64,000 nucleotides of DNA, taken from positions 29,456 to 93,455 of the forward strand of contig JADLHJ010000061.1 in the NCBI GenBank assembly GCA_020848835.1, read 5' to 3'. Position numbers and translations under genes: made by a program. The notes beneath the pieces were generated by a model. It saw only the letters and a list, made by a program, of their open reading frames with translations. It ran no database searches and was not told where the DNA came from. This stretch comes from Candidatus Hydrogenedentota bacterium. Its GTDB lineage: Bacteria; Hydrogenedentota; Hydrogenedentia; Hydrogenedentales; SLHB01. Below are positions 58,653 to 64,000 of this stretch, piece after piece; within the stretch, counting starts at the first letter, position 1, and each line of letters opens with the position of its first letter.

Positions 58653-59705
58653 TTAAGCCGTTGCACGCCAGGTCACCGCTCCCTGCGGTTCGAAATTGAA
58701 ATCGATCGGCTGGCCGCCCATATCGCTCAAGCGCCGCATGATTACATGGCGTTTGTCGAAGGGCGCGAATACGAGCAGATAGCCGCCGCCGCCGGCGCCC
58801 AAAATCTTGCCGCCCGTTGCGCCGAGTTTGCGAGATTCGTCGTACATCTCATCGATGCGCGCGTTCGTGATCTTCGTCGCAATCTGTTTTTTCGCTTCCC
58901 ACGACGCGTGCATGAGCGCGCCAAACTCCGCGAGTTGACCTTGCAACAACGCGTTCTTCATTTGAATGCAGAGGTCTCTTAACGCATGCGTAGCGCGCAG
59001 GGCATCGTCGTTGCCGCGCGCGATATGCGCGATCTGTTCGTCGATGATCCCCGCGGACTCGCGCGTCTGACGCGTGTAACACAGGATGAGCGAGTAATGC
59101 AATTCGAGCAATGTCTCCGGGCTTAAACGCAGCGGGTTCACAATGGCCTTCGTCGCTTCATACTCGATGAAATTGAATCCGCCAAACGTCGCGCCATACT
59201 GGTCCTGCATGCCGCCCTTCATGCCGAGGTCTTTGCGCTCGATCTCGTATGAGAGTTCCGCGATTTCATACGAAGTGAGCGGACGTTTGAAATACTCCTT
59301 AAACAAACTCACCAACGCAACGACCATGGTCGATGAACTACCCAGCCCGCTTCCTGGCGGTGCGTCGCTGTGCATGAAGAGGTCAAAACCCTTGGCTGTA
59401 GCGCCGCGGCGCAATTTCGCGATCACCGCCTTCGCGAGATCAAGTTCGCCATCCATCACAAACGCCTGCTTGGTGGAGTATTTCGCGACGATGTCGTAAT
59501 CAAGCGAGCGCACTTCAATCGTATCGTCGTTGCGCGGCCGACAACTCACATACGCAAACTTGTCAATCGTTGCGCTGAGCGTGCAACCGCCGAACTGTGT
59601 GCGATAGGGATCGACGTCCGTTCCGCCGCCCGCAAAACTGATCCGCAGCGGCGCTTTTGCCCGCAGAATGGTTACAGGTTTTGGCATGGTAGAGAGCCAG
59701 GCCAA
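58653..59705 (-). CDS. GHMP-family sugar kinase, HddA-like (D-glycero-D-manno-heptose 7-phosphate kinase / fucokinase-type).
   Basis: PLRISFAGGGTDV N-terminus and PPGSGLGSSSTMVVA GHMP motif. Confidence 0.7.
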   Translation of the reverse strand: MAWLSTMPKPVTILRAKAPLRISFAGGGTDVDPYRTQFGGCTLSATIDKFAYVSCRPRNDDTIEVRSLDYDIVAKYSTKQAFVMDGELDLAKAVIAKLRRGATAKGFDLFMHSDAPPGSGLGSSSTMVVALVSLFKEYFKRPLTSYEIAELSYEIERKDLGMKGGMQDQYGATFGGFNFIEYEATKAIVNPLRLSPETLLELHYSLILCYTRQTRESAGIIDEQIAHIARGNDDALRATHALRDLCIQMKNALLQGQLAEFGALMHASWEAKKQIATKITNARIDEMYDESRKLGATGGKILGAGGGGYLLVFAPFDKRHVIMRRLSDMGGQPIDFNFEPQGAVTWRATA

Positions 59706-60899
59706 TTAAGCGGCATAGCTCAACACGGCTTCGATTACGCGGGCAAGTTCATCGTCGGTCATGCCGTTGTACATCGGCAAGCGAATAAGCCGGTCGCTGA
59801 TATCTTCGGTCACGGGAAGATCGCATTCGTTGTAACCAAGGCGCATTCCCATTTCGGAAGTGTGCAGCGGAAGATAGTGGAAAACGGCAGTGATCTTATT
59901 TTCCTTAAGATGGCCGATTAGTCCCTGCCGTGCCGCAAATGAGGGCATCAACAAATAGAACATGTGGTACGCCTGTTCGCAGTGTTCTGGAATGATGGGC
60001 ATGCGCGCGCCAACGGATGTCGCCCAATCGCGAAGTTCTATCGCGTAAGTCGTCCAAATCTGTTTGCGCTTTGCCTGGATCGTATCGCGCACTTCGAGTT
60101 GCGCGTAGAGGAACGCCGCAAGGATGTCAGACGGTAGATAGCTTGAACCAACATCCACCCACGTATATTTGTCCACTTGCCCGCGAAAAAAACGGCTGCG
60201 ATTCGTGCCCTTCTCGCGCAAGATTTCCGCGCGCTCTTCAAATTTCCAATCGTTAATCAAGAGCGCGCCGCCTTCGCCGCACGCGAAATTCTTCGTCTCG
60301 TGAAAACTTTGCGTCGCCATACACCCGAACGTGCCGAGCCATTGTCCTCGATATTTTCCGAACAGGCCGTGCGCGTTGTCTTCCACAACCGCGATTCCGT
60401 GCCGGTTTGCGATATCCATGATGGGGTCCATCTCGCAGCCGACGCCGGCGTAGTGCACCGGCAGAATCGCGCGGGTATGCGGGGTGATGAGGTCCTCGAG
60501 TACGGACTCGTCCATGTTCAACGTGTCCGGCCGGCAATCGATGAATACCGGCTTCGCACCGCGAAGCACGAATGCGTTGATCGTGGAAACAAACGTAAAC
60601 GAGGGACAAATCACTTCGTCGCCGGGAGCGATGTCGAGCAGGATCGCCGCCATTTCGAGCGCATGTGTACAAGATGTTGTGAGTAGGACTTTGTGTACCC
60701 CAAACAACGACTGCATCAATCCATGGCATTTGTGTGTGAAGGCGCCGTCGCCCGCAATCTTCCCGCTGGCGACCGCTTCCGCCATGTACTCGAGTTCCTT
60801 CCCGAGCGGCACGACCTTGTTAAACGGAATCGCTGGCAGACACTCCGCTGACAGGGCTTTTGCAATCGGTCGTTTCAGATTTTGACTTGCGTGTGACAC
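59706..60899 (-). CDS. DegT/DnrJ/EryC1/StrS-family PLP-dependent sugar aminotransferase.
   Basis: ...DEVICPSFTFVSTINAFVLRGAKPVFID... and the family-typical length/fold; adjacent to the sugar kinase. Confidence 0.8.
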   Translation of the reverse strand: MSHASQNLKRPIAKALSAECLPAIPFNKVVPLGKELEYMAEAVASGKIAGDGAFTHKCHGLMQSLFGVHKVLLTTSCTHALEMAAILLDIAPGDEVICPSFTFVSTINAFVLRGAKPVFIDCRPDTLNMDESVLEDLITPHTRAILPVHYAGVGCEMDPIMDIANRHGIAVVEDNAHGLFGKYRGQWLGTFGCMATQSFHETKNFACGEGGALLINDWKFEERAEILREKGTNRSRFFRGQVDKYTWVDVGSSYLPSDILAAFLYAQLEVRDTIQAKRKQIWTTYAIELRDWATSVGARMPIIPEHCEQAYHMFYLLMPSFAARQGLIGHLKENKITAVFHYLPLHTSEMGMRLGYNECDLPVTEDISDRLIRLPMYNGMTDDELARVIEAVLSYAA

Positions 60900-61033
60900 G
60901 AATTCTCCGTAACAAATACAGCCTCACATTGCACTCGAATTCTCGCTATACAGGCCACACATGTCAAGCGATTGGGCGAATATCGCGTTGAACTTCCGTT
61001 CGTGGAAAAACTAGGATTTTGACTTAGGGGGGC

Positions 61034-62887
61034 ATGACTATGTGCGGTTCATTCTTTCGTTACATTCTGACGTGCTTGTGTATGTACCAGTTTTGCACCG
61101 GCTGCGCGAGCACGGCGGCAAGACATGAGGCGACGCATGCGGTGAAACCCCTCGCTGCGGCCGAGTGGCTCTTATTGCCCATGCCGCGTACCCTGGAATT
61201 GCATAGGACATTCGAGAACAACAATATCCTTACGCACGGGTTCACGCGCGTTCGCTCCGAAATCGATCCCGCGCGCATGCCGCACCCGCAAGGTTACAAA
61301 CTTACCATTGCACGAGGGGGCGCAGTATCCATCGTCGCGCATGACGACGCCGGCGTATTTTACGCCACACAAACCCTTCTCCAGATGGCTGAGCAGGCAC
61401 GAAAAAAAGGTGTCCTTCCCGAATGCAGTATTGAGGATTGGCCGGATTTTCCCAATCGCGGCGTAATGCTCGATGTAGCGCGCTGCAAAGTGCCGGAGAT
61501 GAAGACGCTCTACGCGCTGGTCGATCGGTTTGCGTCGTGGAAATACAACCAGCTTCAACTCTACACGGAACACAGCTTCGCGTATCGCAACCACCGCACC
61601 GTGTGGGAAGACGCGTCGCCGATGACGCCGGAGCAGGTGCGCGATCTCGACGCGTATTGCCGCACGCGGCACATCCAACTTATCCCTAATCAAAACTCGT
61701 TCGCGCACATGGGGCGCTGGCTGATGCATCCGCAATATGCCCCACTCGCAGAGATGCCCGGCAGCGGCGATCTGTGTCCGACGGACCCCAAATCAATCGC
61801 GTTGCTGCAGGACATGTACGCGTCGCTGTTGCCGAACTTTTCCAGCCCGTTTTTCAATGTCGGCTGCGATGAAACCTTTAGTATCGGGAAAGGCCGCAGC
61901 AGCGCGGCGGTCGCGGAGAAAAGTGCAGGCCGCGTGTATCTGGAGTTTCTCCTGCAAATTCACGGCGTCGTCGCGGCACAGGGCAAACGCATGCAGTTTT
62001 GGGCCGACATCATCAACAATCATCCCGATCTCATCCCAAGGTTGCCGAAGGATGTCGTCGCGATGGAATGGGGCTACGACAAAGGCCATCCTTACCCAGA
62101 GCATACGAAGCGATTCCACGACAATAACGTGACGTATTACGTGGTGCCCGGTACGTCCTCATGGAATTCGTTGCTCGGGCGAACCGATAACGCGCTCGCG
62201 AACCTTCGCGAAGCCGCGGAGAACGGTCACAACAACGGTGGCGAAGGTTTCCTCGTGACGGATTGGGGCGATGGCGGGCACTGGCAATTCCTACCCGTGT
62301 CGTACCTGCCGTTTGCGTACGGCGCAGGCGTCAGTTGGTGCTACGACAGCAACAAGGACGCAGCCATTTCCAAGCAGGCGGACGCCTACGCATTTCACGA
62401 TGCTGCGGGTGTGATGGGCCAATTGGCGCATGACCTGGGAAATGCACACCAACTCTCGGGCCTGAAGCTGGGAAACAACACGGTCTACTACGCGTTCATG
62501 CAACATTTTTTGAGTCGCCCGATTCAAGGCACCGGCCTCGATACCTTGAAGCCGCAAGACCTTGATGCGACTGCGGCACGCATCGAATCGCTTGTAGCGC
62601 GGCTGGATGACACCCGCATGGATTTGCCGGACGCGGACTTGATCAAAGCCGAGTACCGCATGAACGCAGCCATGGCGCGTTTCGCCTGTCACTTAGCCGC
62701 TGCGCGAATTCGCGCAGGCGCATGCATGACCTCAGAAGTACCGAAGGAATTCCGCACCCAACTCGCGCAAGAACTCGAACCACTCATCCCCGAATTCTGC
62801 CAACTCTGGCTCGCCCGAAACCGATCGGGTGGACTCAAGGAAAGCGCCGGGATTCTGGACAATATTCTCACGGTTTTGAAGAACTAG
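61034..62887 (+). CDS. Glycoside hydrolase family 20-like beta-N-acetylhexosaminidase (lipoprotein/secreted).
   Basis: ...DWPDFPNRGVMLDVARCKVP... and ...FFNVGCDETF... (H/N-x-G-x-DE catalytic region). N-terminal signal with Cys. Confidence 0.65.
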   Translation: MTMCGSFFRYILTCLCMYQFCTGCASTAARHEATHAVKPLAAAEWLLLPMPRTLELHRTFENNNILTHGFTRVRSEIDPARMPHPQGYKLTIARGGAVSIVAHDDAGVFYATQTLLQMAEQARKKGVLPECSIEDWPDFPNRGVMLDVARCKVPEMKTLYALVDRFASWKYNQLQLYTEHSFAYRNHRTVWEDASPMTPEQVRDLDAYCRTRHIQLIPNQNSFAHMGRWLMHPQYAPLAEMPGSGDLCPTDPKSIALLQDMYASLLPNFSSPFFNVGCDETFSIGKGRSSAAVAEKSAGRVYLEFLLQIHGVVAAQGKRMQFWADIINNHPDLIPRLPKDVVAMEWGYDKGHPYPEHTKRFHDNNVTYYVVPGTSSWNSLLGRTDNALANLREAAENGHNNGGEGFLVTDWGDGGHWQFLPVSYLPFAYGAGVSWCYDSNKDAAISKQADAYAFHDAAGVMGQLAHDLGNAHQLSGLKLGNNTVYYAFMQHFLSRPIQGTGLDTLKPQDLDATAARIESLVARLDDTRMDLPDADLIKAEYRMNAAMARFACHLAAARIRAGACMTSEVPKEFRTQLAQELEPLIPEFCQLWLARNRSGGLKESAGILDNILTVLKN

Positions 62888-62985
62888 GCGGCGTGGAGAT
62901 TGAACCATATGACCAGAGGACCCTGCTGCTTTCTCCGCGCAATTCTTGACTTGGATCGCGTTCGTTCGATACCCTATCGGCTTAT

Positions 62986-63060
62986 TGCCGGATAGCCAAA
63001 TGGTAAGGCGCCTGCCTCTGGAGCAGGAGATTCTAGGTTCGAGTCCTAGTCCGGCAGCCA
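62986..63060 (+). tRNA. tRNA-Gln (anticodon CUG), CCA encoded.
   Basis: Cloverleaf folded by hand: acceptor UGCCGGA/UCCGGCA, D-arm GCC-AAAUGGUAA-GGC, anticodon stem CCUGC/GCAGG with loop CUCUGGA, T-arm CUAGG-UUCGAGU-CCUAG, discriminator G, CCA. Confidence 0.85.
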
Positions 63061-63102
63061 TAAGCCAACACTGAGGCGGCCTTCAAGCCGCCTTCTCTGT
63101 GC

Positions 63103-63177
63103 GGCCCGTTCATCTAGGGGTTAGGATGCGGGATTCTCAGTCCCGTCACAGGGGTTCGAATCCCCTACGGGCTGCCA
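63103..63177 (+). tRNA. tRNA-Glu (anticodon CUC), CCA encoded.
   Basis: Aligns position-by-position with E. coli tRNA-Glu (GGCCCGUUCAUCUAGGGGUUAGGAU...GGGGUUCGAAUCCCC...). Anticodon stem CGGGA/UCCCG, loop UUCUCAG, T-arm AGGGG-UUCGAAU-CCCCU. G1·U72 wobble, discriminator G, CCA. Confidence 0.8.
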
Positions 63178-63249
63178 TTTATTCTCTCCTCGAGTTCACC
63201 TGCAGGCACTTTGCCAAATCCGTACAATGAATGTGGAGAGGGGAGACCT

Positions 63250-64000
63250 ATGAAATCATCCAAAGGCACCTGGGGCTTGCGGTTCATTATCCACGCGCTG
63301 ACCGTCGCGCTTGGCGTGCTCGTTTATTGGCTGCTCGGCTTTATGTTGAGCGACATCGCGTCTATCGAGGGCCCAGACTACACGACAATCGAAGCGAAGT
63401 ATGTCGAGCCGTCGTTGTACGAGAAGCGCGATGACCTCGATCAGCGCATCGCGGATTTGGATCGCGACCTCACCAGCGCGCGCGAGCAGCAGGGCATTGT
63501 CAGCGCGAGTTCGCAGAACCTGCAGAGCACGATCAATCAGCTGCTCGAATTCAAGCGGCTCAGCTTCGAGAAGCAAGTGCCGCAAGCCGAAGCCGATAGC
63601 GACACCATTGCTACGAGCCAGGCGCGCTTCCTCGAAAACCAGACCAAATTTCAGGAACTGAACCAGCGCATCGCTGAGCTTGCCGCGCAGCGCGACGCGC
63701 TCGAACGGGAAAAAACAGACTTATCGCGCACAATTGACGATAAACTGGAACCTGCGCAGGAGGAGTATCAAAGACTCTACGACGCGCATCGCATTCGCCT
63801 CGCAACGTATCAGCTCGTACTGTTGATCCCCGTGCTGCTCGTCGCGGCGTACCTGCTTGCAAGGCGTCGTGGCAGTGCCTACTATCCGCTGTTCCTGGCA
63901 TTAGGCGGCGGCACGCTTCTACGCGTGGTACTCGTAATTCACGAATACTTCCCCGCGCGCTATTTCAAATATATTGTCACCATCGCGTTGCTGATAGTCG
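63250..64000 (+). CDS. Hypothetical membrane protein with central coiled coil (3'-truncated at window end).
   Basis: ATG at 63250 after GGAGAGGGGAG. Frame open to nt 64000 (hand-translated, no stops). N-terminal TM FIIHALTVALGVLVYWLLGF, heptad-like central region, C-terminal TM helices. Not in the ORF track because no stop lies within the window. Confidence 0.6.
   Translation, partial: MKSSKGTWGLRFIIHALTVALGVLVYWLLGFMLSDIASIEGPDYTTIEAKYVEPSLYEKRDDLDQRIADLDRDLTSAREQQGIVSASSQNLQSTINQLLEFKRLSFEKQVPQAEADSDTIATSQARFLENQTKFQELNQRIAELAAQRDALEREKTDLSRTIDDKLEPAQEEYQRLYDAHRIRLATYQLVLLIPVLLVAAYLLARRRGSAYYPLFLALGGGTLLRVVLVIHEYFPARYFKYIVTIALLIV

Noticed and set aside
62940-62985. TTGACT -35-like hexamer upstream of tRNA-Gln
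   Set aside because: No acceptable -10 at 16-18 nt spacing (GATACC/ATACCC). Plausible tRNA promoter but not supportable from sequence alone.
62732-63061. 109-aa minus-strand ORF
   Set aside because: Overlaps the hand-folded tRNA-Gln gene; no RBS; spurious.

Overview
High-GC (~60%) bacterial chromosomal segment with dense, mostly plus-strand coding, possibly from the Planctomycetota/PVC group (Tat-exported Gfo/Idh/MocA oxidoreductases, a sulfatase, a Ser/Thr kinase-WD40 fusion and a large YD-like repeat protein point that way; this is inference only). Main contents, in order:
- A 5'-truncated giant tandem-repeat protein (~29 x 38-aa YD/RGN-type repeats).
- A membrane Ser/Thr kinase fused to about 16 WD40 repeats.
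- A lower-GC island (~7.3-9.0 kb) carrying a tandemly duplicated two-gene module: a signal-less ~100-aa beta protein plus a Tat-exported ~135-aa carboxypeptidase-regulatory-like protein. Function unknown.
- A Tat-exported sugar-oxidation module (2 Gfo/Idh/MocA, TIM-barrel isomerase, PmoA-like DUF) and a Tat-sulfatase.
- A minimal graspetide (omega-ester RiPP) cluster: a 55-aa precursor hidden inside a longer annotated frame, plus an MdnC-like ATP-grasp ligase.
- Central metabolism: pdxB, PPi-type pfk, gnd, LarA-like, serC, psd-pssA.
- A complete type II secretion operon gspEFGHIJKLM-C-D, with a CBM-like domain fused to GspM.
- A histidine kinase with two response regulators, one carrying a Cys-rich C-terminal domain.
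- mscL, rpmE, prfA-prmC, radC preceded by a highly structured ~230-nt leader, an AI-2E transporter with an inserted EF-hand pair, a DUF4258/DUF2283 toxin-antitoxin-like pair, nucleotide-sugar genes (HddA-like kinase, DegT aminotransferase), a GH20 hexosaminidase, and tRNA-Gln(CUG) and tRNA-Glu(CUC).
No CRISPR array, rRNA or clear mobile element was seen. Many long antisense ORFs in the six-frame track are GC-driven artefacts.
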